Assembly: GCA_963594595.1 (NCBI GenBank)
Contig: CAVBFA010000002.1
Coordinates: forward strand, 1 to 50,845
Direction of reading: 5' to 3'
Length of the DNA stretch: 50,845 nucleotides
From: Oscillibacter sp.
Lineage (GTDB): Bacteria > Bacteroidota > Bacteroidia > Bacteroidales > Bacteroidaceae
Numbering within the stretch: position 1 is the stretch's first letter; each line of letters opens with the position of its first letter. This document shows, piece by piece, positions 38,317-47,242 of the stretch. A model generated the notes under the pieces. The model was not told the DNA's origin and made no database searches. It worked only from the letters and a program-made list of their open reading frames with translations. A program made the translations under genes and the position numbers.

Positions 38317-38805
38317 ATGAGAAAGACATTAACAGTATTTGGAGCAAGCCTGTTTGCAAGTCAGGCATTTGCAGACAGCATTACAGATGGCATTGGAACT
38401 GCAGGTGATGCCATTAATAGCTATACGCCGTATGTTCAAGCATTGGGTTATGTCCTTGCAAGCATCATAGGCATAGTGGCAGCGTTTGTCATCTATTATG
38501 CCATTGCCAACAATGACAGAAATGTAAAGAAGCGCATTCTCACATGGGGAGGAGGTTGTGTAGCCATGTTGTGTATGACGATTGCCCTTCCTAAGTTCTT
38601 CGACTATCAGGAGTCGGGCTTGCTTGCAGGAAACACGAACTCTTCGGGAGGTTCCTCTGGTGACTTTGCAGGTGGAGACCGTTGGGGAAAAATAGACATA
38701 ACCATTCCCGACATCAACAATCCGATCTGGCGGCCAGACCATAGGTTTGACCCAATCTTAAGACCAGGCACAGGTATCGTCAAGCCGGACATAAAGCTCA
38801 ACTAA
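38317..38805 (+). CDS. DUF4134/TraE-like pilin paralog with C-terminal extension
   Basis: Start reassigned to MRKTLT; YTPYVQALGYVLASIIGIVAAF...NNDRNVKKRI...ALPKFF aligns with 11811-12203. Confidence 0.8.
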   Translation: MRKTLTVFGASLFASQAFADSITDGIGTAGDAINSYTPYVQALGYVLASIIGIVAAFVIYYAIANNDRNVKKRILTWGGGCVAMLCMTIALPKFFDYQESGLLAGNTNSSGGSSGDFAGGDRWGKIDITIPDINNPIWRPDHRFDPILRPGTGIVKPDIKLN

Positions 38806-38821
38806 ACAAATAAGCAAAGAC

Positions 38822-39682
38822 ATGGAATACAAACAATCTATGAATCTTGTTTCTCCAAGCGGTTACGCCATGCCATTTGAGTTGTCAGAAACGACACCTT
38901 TGGAGATAACGCTCGGCTATGGTAAACAGACACACCCTGTGACTGGCAAGGAGTTCTTTCACCATGGAGTAGACTTCAAGGTCTATCCCCACACATGGCT
39001 CAAAGCTCTTGCCACAGGTGTAGTATCTGGAATAGCCAGTGACCGTGAAAAAGGATTCAACATAACAGTTAACTATCGCAATTATGCAGCAGGAAACTCC
39101 GCTGTCTATGATGTGGTCTATTCACATATCAAGGAATCCATTTGCAATTTTGGCAAAAGCGTAAATGCTGGTGACAACATTGCTGTGTGTGATGACACCC
39201 TTCACATTGAAGTTCGTTTCAATGGTGATGAAATAGACCCGATTGAGTTTCTTACGATGGTGAGGGACAATCTTATAGTTTATGAGCAGAAGACCATTCA
39301 AGGGAACAATCCTGAAATTGCTACTTTAGACTTCAAAGTGGAAACTCCATACGATAGCCAGCAACCAGAGATTGACCAAATGTATCAGAGGTTCTTCGGC
39401 AAGTACATGATAGACTTGCTGACAAGCAGATACAAGGTACCCAACGGAACGGAGCAAGTCCTACGTGATGTCTTGGCAGAGGGTGCAAGTAGTGGAGCTT
39501 ATTATGAACACACACCGAGTATGCTCAACCCATTGGGTTTGGGAGAGCGTAGCTTGGGTATCATAGGACGCATACAGACAATCTTGACACATGACTTTCT
39601 CAACTACCTTGCTCTGATGCATGGAGTGTTCCTCTCCACAATGACCGAGTACGAAAAAAAAAAGCTACTTACAACGCCATAG
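38822..39682 (+). CDS. M23 peptidase-like protein (no signal peptide), short form of a frameshifted gene
   Basis: FHHGVDF and YSHI present; DTLHIE lacks the first His of HxH; A10 run at 39654-39663. Confidence 0.85.
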   Translation: MEYKQSMNLVSPSGYAMPFELSETTPLEITLGYGKQTHPVTGKEFFHHGVDFKVYPHTWLKALATGVVSGIASDREKGFNITVNYRNYAAGNSAVYDVVYSHIKESICNFGKSVNAGDNIAVCDDTLHIEVRFNGDEIDPIEFLTMVRDNLIVYEQKTIQGNNPEIATLDFKVETPYDSQQPEIDQMYQRFFGKYMIDLLTSRYKVPNGTEQVLRDVLAEGASSGAYYEHTPSMLNPLGLGERSLGIIGRIQTILTHDFLNYLALMHGVFLSTMTEYEKKKLLTTP

Positions 39683-39996
39683 CAAGCCAAGGGATAATAG
39701 ACCCTTTCGAGAATTTCGACATAGACATTCAGAGCTTCGACATACAGCGTACCGTCAGCGTCTATCCCGACAAGGACGGCATCGTGTGGTGGACAAAGGC
39801 TTGGTTCAATGGCAAGAAGAAAGGTGAACGAGCCATAGAAATCAATCGCCAGTTAGCCATTAAGTTCATACAGGACAATGTGGCAAAGGACGAGTGGTTG
39901 GAAGAGTTTTTCCCTCGTCAGATGGAAGTCCTCCATGCAGCCCTTGCCCAAACAAGAGAACAGGTAATCAATCAGTTAAGACAGTCATTCATATAA
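39664..39996 (+). CDS. -1 frame extension of the M23-like gene (110 aa)
   Basis: Frame open from 39595 to TAA 39994-39996 with no ATG/GTG/TTG until 39784; begins at A-AAA-AAG; stop is 2 nt before next ATG. Confidence 0.7.
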   Translation, partial: ATYNAIASQGIIDPFENFDIDIQSFDIQRTVSVYPDKDGIVWWTKAWFNGKKKGERAIEINRQLAIKFIQDNVAKDEWLEEFFPRQMEVLHAALAQTREQVINQLRQSFI

Positions 39997-39998
39997 TC

Positions 39999-41654
39999 AT
40001 GGCAACAGCAAATAGCGACAAGCAAGACATCTTCACATCCAAAGTCATCCCCATCATGAAGAAAGTTCGTGATGACCTAAGCCGTAAACAGATGGAGGAA
40101 TATGGAAGATATAGTTCTTCATTGGGAGCTGTTTTGGCGGGGGCAGCAGGGCCAGATGGTGGCATGACTGCCACAGCGACCTATTATAACAACCTAAAAT
40201 ACATTGGCGAGTGGAATAGTAAGACGGTAGATGACTATATCAACATGGTAAAGGCTGAACTAAAAAGACAGCACATAACCGTTGATGCTGTGATGGAGAA
40301 AAAGATGATAGACTACCTTGTCAAGCAGCAAATGCCAAAGTCAAGTGCAGACTACATACTCCGTAAAGCGGCAGAAGGAAGTATCTTCTATATTCCTGAA
40401 AGGGTCAGAACGACCTCATTGCAAGACCATATAAATAAGAAAGCTGAAGAAAAGTACAACCCTTCTCTTCTTGAAGAAGTGGCAGGAAACATCGGCTCAT
40501 GGCTTATCAATGCTGCTACCACATGGGGTGCTGGCGGTTTCTTCGGACAGTTGGCTATGGATGGTGGTACGGAAGTGGTTGAACGCACGTCCCAAGGCCA
40601 ACAAAAAAAGTATGTAGAACAACAGAAACAACAGGCAAAGAAGGAGGTAGCAGCTGCAAGCAAGAAGAAAGCCAGTGTCCCTAAATGGATGCTTGATCAG
40701 ATGGGATTCAAAAGTTGTGCTTATGCCACAGACAAACAGTTGAGCATTGCTTTGGACTGGGCAAACAAGAATGGTCAGAGATATAGGAATAAGGTCAATC
40801 AAGCCGTCAATGCTGGGGAACGAACGGTGAAAGCAAACGGCAAATCCACCATGATGTCCGTTTCTGATGCCACTTTTCGTGCTATGGAATACGAGACATT
40901 CGCCAAAGTAATACAGAAAGAACTCGTAGGCCGCAAAAATGGTAAAGATGCAGTGCATTATTCCAATATAGCGGAAGCTGAAGAGTCTACGGCTTACATG
41001 AAAAATGCCGATGAAGCAGAGGCCGCGCAAGCAACAATGCCGGGTGCTTCTACTGGAGAATACGCAGGATGGGACAACTTGATTGGTTCCGTGGAAATGG
41101 GTGGCATGGGGGACACTATGCAACATCTGGGAATCACACTGTCCATGCTGCCAGACATGTTAGTCGGCGTGTTTACGGGAAAGACAAGGTCTATAGGGCT
41201 GAACAAGGAAACAATGATTCCTTTGGCGGCCCTTGTCAGTGGAACATTCATCAGTAATCCTTTGATGAAGATACCGCTCATGTTGTATGGTGGTGCCAGT
41301 CTGTTCAATACTGTTGGTCAAGAGGCTCTTGCCGAGTATCGGAAAGAGAATGGCGAGCAACCGGTCTCTCGCTATAAGCGGTATGCAGATGAAGAGCTTG
41401 ACAAACGACTGAAGAACCCACAGATAGAAGGTAACGTGTTACTTGTTGACATGGATAACGTTCCTCGTCTTGTCACTTTGCCGCAATCCGTTATCGAAGC
41501 ATACAATGAGGGAGCCTTGACTGTGAACACGATAGCCAATCGTATACTATCAAAGGCGGATCAGTCAACCATGTCTAACAGACAAGGCATGCACAATGTT
41601 TCTGAACGCTATGAGCAGACGCAGGATAGAGAGCAAGTCCGAGGAATACGCTAA
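39999..41654 (+). CDS. Hypothetical Ala/Gly-rich helical protein with hydrophobic segments
   Basis: Start reassigned to MATANS; 551 aa; ends QDREQVRGIR. Confidence 0.85.
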   Translation: MATANSDKQDIFTSKVIPIMKKVRDDLSRKQMEEYGRYSSSLGAVLAGAAGPDGGMTATATYYNNLKYIGEWNSKTVDDYINMVKAELKRQHITVDAVMEKKMIDYLVKQQMPKSSADYILRKAAEGSIFYIPERVRTTSLQDHINKKAEEKYNPSLLEEVAGNIGSWLINAATTWGAGGFFGQLAMDGGTEVVERTSQGQQKKYVEQQKQQAKKEVAAASKKKASVPKWMLDQMGFKSCAYATDKQLSIALDWANKNGQRYRNKVNQAVNAGERTVKANGKSTMMSVSDATFRAMEYETFAKVIQKELVGRKNGKDAVHYSNIAEAEESTAYMKNADEAEAAQATMPGASTGEYAGWDNLIGSVEMGGMGDTMQHLGITLSMLPDMLVGVFTGKTRSIGLNKETMIPLAALVSGTFISNPLMKIPLMLYGGASLFNTVGQEALAEYRKENGEQPVSRYKRYADEELDKRLKNPQIEGNVLLVDMDNVPRLVTLPQSVIEAYNEGALTVNTIANRILSKADQSTMSNRQGMHNVSERYEQTQDREQVRGIR

Positions 41655-41697
41655 GAACAAGAAATAATAATGATAAAAGAACAAATGATACGATAAT

Positions 41698-43713
41698 ATG
41701 GCAGAAGAAAACATCAACAAAAAAACAGGTGCAGAGCGACAAGCGGAAGTCTTGGTTGCAACCCTTGAAAGAGCTAACAAGAATGGAGGTACCTTGCTTA
41801 ATGCAGGGCAAAAGGCGATGCCTCAGTTCTATGACAAGACATTACGGATTACCCCCGTCAATGCCCTCGTTATGGCAATGCATAGTGATAGCGGTGAGTT
41901 CAAGACCAACAGCTACACCATGTTCAATGAGACCCATGACCGCAACGAAGCCGTGAAGAAAGGTCAAAAAGGAGTTCCTTTCGTTTGGCAGAACCTCAAC
42001 CAGTACGTCAACAAAGACAATGCGGAGGATAAAATCAGCCGTGCAGAATACAATTCTCTCGCAGATGCAGAAAAAGCAAAATACAAGGTTAATCCTCGTG
42101 AGGATGTGTATACGGTCTTCAACATCGACCAAACCACCATGTCCCATGTTCATAAGGAAGAATACGCCAAGCAGGTGGAGCAGTTTGGATCAAACAGATC
42201 GACAGATGAAAAGCTCCTTCGAATGGATGTCAACAAATTCATCCAGAGTATGAAGGACAATCTCGTCCCTATCCGCAAGGATGCCACTGGTATTGCACAT
42301 TATGATAGCAAAAAAGACACATTACACATCCCTGCTCAGAAGGATTTTCCTTCGTATGCAGACTATGTGCAAGAGGTAACCCGGCAGATTGTTCATGCGA
42401 CTGGAGTTCCACAACGCTTGGGACGAGAAGGACTTTCCGTCGATGGCGTAAAGACACCGTCAGAAGTACAGCAACATATGGAAATGCTTGTGGAAGAGCT
42501 TGCGTCTGCACACAGAATGCTTGAATTGGGCATGACAGCGAAGATGCGTCCGCAGACCGTTGAACAGTTACCGAATATCATTTCCGAACTGAAAGCGGAT
42601 CCGACGATGGCGCAAAAGGTTCTCCATGACGTGAATCGCACAGTTGGGATGATAAAGAAGGCTGAGAATGGAGAAAAGATCAAACTCATCGAGAAGCCTT
42701 CTGAAAAACGCCAACAGGCATGGGCTTCACAATTTCCTATAGACAAGGTTCCATCAACCTTTACACAGATCTCAATGCTGAAGGACGATGAAGGCAAGTG
42801 GACACTTGCTGCAAAGCCTGAGAATGCCCGTACTTTTGCTGTTCATCCCAGTCGTGAGGATGTCAGCCTGTATTTTGACATGATGAAGAATGACCATGAT
42901 GAAACTCATGTGAATGAATTCAAAACCCAGTTCGCTCAGAAATACTACTCAGTAGTGGCAGCTAATCCCGAAAAGGAAGCCAACATCTTTAGAAGCAATG
43001 CCTCACAAGATGCGTTAGACCTTATCAGCAAGGTCAATGCCTTTAAGACAAAGGACAACAAAATTCTGCTTGTTGCCACCATCGGTGATGAGAAGCAGAA
43101 GTCCGTGCAGATAAGCCAGTCGCAATGGCAAAGAATGTGGCTTGCTGATGACAAGCAGGACTACAAGACACACCTCGCAGCCATTCTGTATTCTGATGTC
43201 CTTGCAGGAAAACTAGAGGAGATGAAGCGTTCTGTCTCTCCTGACGTGGAGGGAACTCAGCTTCATGAGGAGAATGAGCACCGTGAATACCACGAGGAGG
43301 AGAAACGGCAGCAACAGCAGATGTCGAATGTACCCCCGATTATCAAGCAATACAATGATTTGAAGCAAAAGCATCCAGATGCATTATTACTTTTCCGTTG
43401 TGGCGATTTCTATGAAACCTACAAGGAAGACGCGGTAAAGGCCTCCAATATCTTAGGTATCACGCTCACAAAGCACAGCAAGCGTATGGATGAGGAAGGA
43501 AAGCCGTTAAAGATGGCCGGTTTTCCATATCATGCCCTCGATACTTACCTTCCCAAGCTTATCAGAGCAGGAGAACGAGTTGCCATTTGTGACCAGTTGG
43601 AATCTCCAAGACAGAAAACCTCACAGCAGGAGGAAAACAAGCCAGAAGCCAAGCAAGAGGTTAAGGAAGTTGTCTCCGCTCAGAAAGAGGAGCGCCATGG
43701 TATGCACAGATAA
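41698..43713 (+). CDS. ArdC-N + degenerate zincin metallopeptidase + MutS domain-I polyvalent protein
   Basis: [34 protein letters not shown] instead of HExx[26 protein letters not shown]...AGFP...RVAICDQLE. Confidence 0.88.
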   Translation: MAEENINKKTGAERQAEVLVATLERANKNGGTLLNAGQKAMPQFYDKTLRITPVNALVMAMHSDSGEFKTNSYTMFNETHDRNEAVKKGQKGVPFVWQNLNQYVNKDNAEDKISRAEYNSLADAEKAKYKVNPREDVYTVFNIDQTTMSHVHKEEYAKQVEQFGSNRSTDEKLLRMDVNKFIQSMKDNLVPIRKDATGIAHYDSKKDTLHIPAQKDFPSYADYVQEVTRQIVHATGVPQRLGREGLSVDGVKTPSEVQQHMEMLVEELASAHRMLELGMTAKMRPQTVEQLPNIISELKADPTMAQKVLHDVNRTVGMIKKAENGEKIKLIEKPSEKRQQAWASQFPIDKVPSTFTQISMLKDDEGKWTLAAKPENARTFAVHPSREDVSLYFDMMKNDHDETHVNEFKTQFAQKYYSVVAANPEKEANIFRSNASQDALDLISKVNAFKTKDNKILLVATIGDEKQKSVQISQSQWQRMWLADDKQDYKTHLAAILYSDVLAGKLEEMKRSVSPDVEGTQLHEENEHREYHEEEKRQQQQMSNVPPIIKQYNDLKQKHPDALLLFRCGDFYETYKEDAVKASNILGITLTKHSKRMDEEGKPLKMAGFPYHALDTYLPKLIRAGERVAICDQLESPRQKTSQQEENKPEAKQEVKEVVSAQKEERHGMHR

Positions 43714-43724
43714 AGCAGTATGAT

Positions 43725-45299
43725 ATGACATCATCAAGACAACAATACATAGAACGGTATGCAGAGTATGCTATGGAGCAGATGCGGCGATATGGCATAC
43801 CTGCATCCATAACTCTTGCCCAGGGCATCATCGAGTCTGCCGATGGCAAAAGTACACTGGCAAACACTGCCAACAATCATTTCGGCGTAAAGGGAGCATA
43901 TAATGGAAACTATGTCCTTGCTGACGATGACAAACCAAATGAGAAGTTCAAGAAGTATGACAATGTTGGGCAAAGCTATGAAGACCATTCCAAGGTGCTC
44001 ATGGCACAGCGATACCAGCGATATGTCAGAAATCTGTCTCCCGATAACTATAAAGGTTGGGCTGCAGGTATCAAGAAGGGCGGTTATGCGTCTGCAAGTA
44101 ACTATGTGTCTACAGTGGTCAACGTCATCGAAGGTGCAAAGCTCCAACGTTTTGACAAAATGGTGATACAACAGATGAATGCCGAAAGAAAGCAATTCGG
44201 TGTTCAGTCCAACCCATTGTCAAACAATGAAGGTACAAAAGCCAAAGCTACTGGAATGAATTTGCCACAATCAAGTTACAGTATGCCGGTACAGCGCAGG
44301 GAGTTCATGCTCATTACTTCACCTTACGGTCAACGCGAAGATCCTATAAACAAAGGCAAAACGCAGATACACCACGGCATAGACATCAAGACCAATAAGG
44401 ACAATGTCCTTGCCACAGAAAACAATGGCGTGGTTGTCGGTGTCGATCATCGAACTACAACTGGTGGCGGTAAAACCGTTACGGTGGAGTATGCTCGTGA
44501 AGACGGAACTAAAACAAGAGTGCAATACATGCATCTTAGTGAAATATCCGTCAAGAAAGGCGATACGGTCAATGCTGGTCAGAAGTTAGGCGTTTCGGGT
44601 AATACCGGCACACGAACCACTAGTGAGCATCTTCATTTTGGTGTCATTAACGTCTCGGCTGACAATAAGTTGCAATGGGTCAATCCAGCTGCCTACCTTG
44701 CAGAAATCAGTCAAAAGGGCAATCTCAATATCGAGGCACGACATAACGGAAAGGACATACTTGCCGAATACATGACTGCCGGAACGAAAGCTGTAAACAC
44801 CGACGAGCAAACACCAGAAAACTGGATGAGTAAACTCCTCGGCTCTGAAGATGCAGCCCTCGGCATTGAAGGTGGAGGTGACAAAGGTCTCTTGGGAAAC
44901 CTAATGCAAATGTTCATGACATTGCTTATGCTTACCATCCAAATGGAGAACAAAAGTAAGGAAGAAAAGATGCAAGCGGTCAGTGATGCTGTTATCAATC
45001 GGCATATTGACATCAGCAGCTTTGTCCCCAACCTGAAGTCTGCTGTATTGAGCATCAATGACAAAGGAAATGCGGTTCTTGTCGTTAATGATGGCAAGAA
45101 GGAATACTCCCATGAATTGACCAATGCAGAGAAGAACAGTATCTCCAACATTCTTCAAAGCGACAGTGGCGATACCACAAAGCGACAAAGGATTGGCTGC
45201 ATTGTCAATGCCATAACATTCTCTTATCAGGCATCCAACAATTATGAGCAGATTGAAGCACAGCAACAATCCCAGCAACAGACCATTCAAAGAAGATAA
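43725..45299 (+). CDS. GH73 glucosaminidase + M23 peptidase fusion, no signal peptide
   Basis: GIPASITLAQGIIES, NNHFGVK, GGYA; HHGIDI, YMHL, EHLHF; Gln-rich tail ending IQRR. Confidence 0.9.
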   Translation: MTSSRQQYIERYAEYAMEQMRRYGIPASITLAQGIIESADGKSTLANTANNHFGVKGAYNGNYVLADDDKPNEKFKKYDNVGQSYEDHSKVLMAQRYQRYVRNLSPDNYKGWAAGIKKGGYASASNYVSTVVNVIEGAKLQRFDKMVIQQMNAERKQFGVQSNPLSNNEGTKAKATGMNLPQSSYSMPVQRREFMLITSPYGQREDPINKGKTQIHHGIDIKTNKDNVLATENNGVVVGVDHRTTTGGGKTVTVEYAREDGTKTRVQYMHLSEISVKKGDTVNAGQKLGVSGNTGTRTTSEHLHFGVINVSADNKLQWVNPAAYLAEISQKGNLNIEARHNGKDILAEYMTAGTKAVNTDEQTPENWMSKLLGSEDAALGIEGGGDKGLLGNLMQMFMTLLMLTIQMENKSKEEKMQAVSDAVINRHIDISSFVPNLKSAVLSINDKGNAVLVVNDGKKEYSHELTNAEKNSISNILQSDSGDTTKRQRIGCIVNAITFSYQASNNYEQIEAQQQSQQQTIQRR

Positions 45300-45320
45300 T
45301 AACAATCAAACTTACAAGAT

Positions 45321-45950
45321 ATGATTAAAGCAGAAACAAATGTCATAGGTACGATAAAGCGCAGCGCAAATATTCGTACAGACAAGAACAACAATCCGTA
45401 TTTGTCATTTGTCATGACAGTCGTTTTAACGGATGCTAAGACAACAAGTAAAAGCATCGATGTGTTTGTCTCGCTTCCAAACGCCAAGCAGGACGAGGCG
45501 CAGTCCTATGTTGAAGGACTGCGTGTGGCTGTAAACGGCAATTTGGACATCCGCAAGAAAGAAGACATTTTGAATTTCTATCTGACAGGCAACACCATAA
45601 CTGCCCAGAATGTGGCTGAACTTGACTCTATTTCAGGTACACTCTCATTCCGTGGCTATCTGAAGAAAGAGAATATCTATCAGCAGAAGACAGACAAGAA
45701 CGGTCATCCGTTCATCGTGTTCTCTGCCTATTCCTTGGAAAAGAACGGACAGGAGTATCTGAGCACATGGGTTAATTTCATGCGCTTCCCAGAAAAAGGC
45801 GCAGCAGTTGAGAGCATCATTCCTGATTGGATGCACTCTAAGGCACATGTGGACATAACCGGTGAATTGCAGGTTTCAGCCTACAATGACGTGGTAAGAC
45901 TTTCTTGTCGTGTGCATGACATGACCGAATACATCAACACCCAACAGTAA
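45321..45950 (+). CDS. Tandem OB-fold SSB-like protein
   Basis: Two repeats (RTDKNNNPYLSF...VAVNGNL / KTDKNGHPFIVF...VDITGEL) with SSB-like strand pattern. Confidence 0.7.
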   Translation: MIKAETNVIGTIKRSANIRTDKNNNPYLSFVMTVVLTDAKTTSKSIDVFVSLPNAKQDEAQSYVEGLRVAVNGNLDIRKKEDILNFYLTGNTITAQNVAELDSISGTLSFRGYLKKENIYQQKTDKNGHPFIVFSAYSLEKNGQEYLSTWVNFMRFPEKGAAVESIIPDWMHSKAHVDITGELQVSAYNDVVRLSCRVHDMTEYINTQQ

Positions 45951-45960
45951 AGCAGAGCGT

Positions 45961-47214
45961 ATGAAAAAGAATACATACAATACCGATGGGCTTAGTGCGG
46001 AAGACCGCGCTTTGAACACCTTTGCGGAACTTATGATTGAAAAGATCCGCAACTTGCAGGAAGACTGGAAGAAGCCTTGGTTTTCACCGCAAGTAGCCCA
46101 ACTGCCCAAAAACCTCAATGGTCGGAACTACAATGGCATGAACAGCATTGTTCTGATGCTCATGCAGGAAAAGAATGGATGGCAGACTTCTCGTTATGCC
46201 ACCTTTGACCGCATTGTAAGTCTGAACTTCACAAAAGATAAAGATGGCAAGAAGGCAGCAGTAGACGAGAACGGCAACAAACTCCCTCGTGTTGGCATCA
46301 ATAAAGGAGAAAAGAGCACCCCGGTTATGCTGACCACATTCACATGTGTACATAAAGAAACAAAAGAGCACATCAAGTACGACGATTATAAGCAGCTCAC
46401 TCAAGACGAGAGGAATAACTACAATGTCTACCCAAAGTTACAGGTTTATAACGTCTTCAATCTCGACCAGACCAATCTCAAAGAAGCACGTCCAGAGATG
46501 TATCAAAAGTTCAAGGATGAAGCCGTTGGGCAAAGTCTGCGCACCACAGATGGTATGGTTGATTTCCCTGCTTTGGATGCCATGATAGAGAAAGACCTCT
46601 ATGTATGTCCCATAAAGCCCATTCATGGGGACAATGCCTATTATAGCATCAGTAAAGACGAGATAGTCATTCCTGAAAAGGCACAGTTCATAGATGGTGA
46701 GTCCTTCTACAGTAATCTCTTACATGAGATGAGCCATGCCTCAGGTTCAGAAAACCGCTTGAATCGATTGGTTTCTGGCTCCACCTTTGGAAGTGAGTCA
46801 TACGCAAAGGAAGAACTTGTCGCAGAGCTTACAGCCGCACTTGTCTCTTCACAGTACGGCATGGAGAAGCATGTAAAAAGCGACAGCGCCGCTTACTTGA
46901 AGTCTTGGCTTGACAGTCTGAAGGAAGACCCCAATTTCATCAAGACTTCTCTAATGGATGTCAAGCGTTCTTCCTCATTCATCAGTCAGAGGCTTGATGC
47001 TGTGGCGCAGCGTCTTGAACGAGACGGTTGGGAGGCTGATTTCTCGGACATCCGTGAAAAGAACAAGGCTTTCACTCCTGTTTTTGGTAACAAGGCTGAG
47101 AGACCGACTGCGTCAAATCAAGAAAATCAGTCTACACAAGAGCAAACCAAACCCCAAGTCCAACATGAGGAGGTAGCAGCAAGAAGCACCGAACAGCCCC
47201 GATTTCATCGTTAA
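45961..47214 (+). CDS. ardC: ArdC-family antirestriction / ssDNA-binding protein with zincin metallopeptidase domain
   Basis: WKKPW, PKNLNGRNYNGMN, INKGEKS, YNVFNLDQT, LLHEMSH, YAKEELVAE, SAAYLKSWL. Confidence 0.9.
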   Translation: MKKNTYNTDGLSAEDRALNTFAELMIEKIRNLQEDWKKPWFSPQVAQLPKNLNGRNYNGMNSIVLMLMQEKNGWQTSRYATFDRIVSLNFTKDKDGKKAAVDENGNKLPRVGINKGEKSTPVMLTTFTCVHKETKEHIKYDDYKQLTQDERNNYNVYPKLQVYNVFNLDQTNLKEARPEMYQKFKDEAVGQSLRTTDGMVDFPALDAMIEKDLYVCPIKPIHGDNAYYSISKDEIVIPEKAQFIDGESFYSNLLHEMSHASGSENRLNRLVSGSTFGSESYAKEELVAELTAALVSSQYGMEKHVKSDSAAYLKSWLDSLKEDPNFIKTSLMDVKRSSSFISQRLDAVAQRLERDGWEADFSDIREKNKAFTPVFGNKAERPTASNQENQSTQEQTKPQVQHEEVAARSTEQPRFHR

Positions 47215-47242
47215 AATATATGAGCCGAACCCTAAATTAGAA

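Noticed and set aside
24217..39998. Longer N-termini in the ORF track (24217, 28978, 29878, 30647, 30792, 38257, 39894)
   Set aside because: They overlap neighbouring genes or promoter elements; downstream ATGs give proper signal peptides or lie after the -7 box.
41698..43713. Host mutS gene
   Set aside because: Only domain I is present, fused to ArdC-like domains; no MutS ATPase.
19515..45963. AGCGTATG recurring at starts of traJ, traL, 36909 and ardC
   Set aside because: Short and includes the start codon; plausibly ordinary Bacteroidota initiation context.
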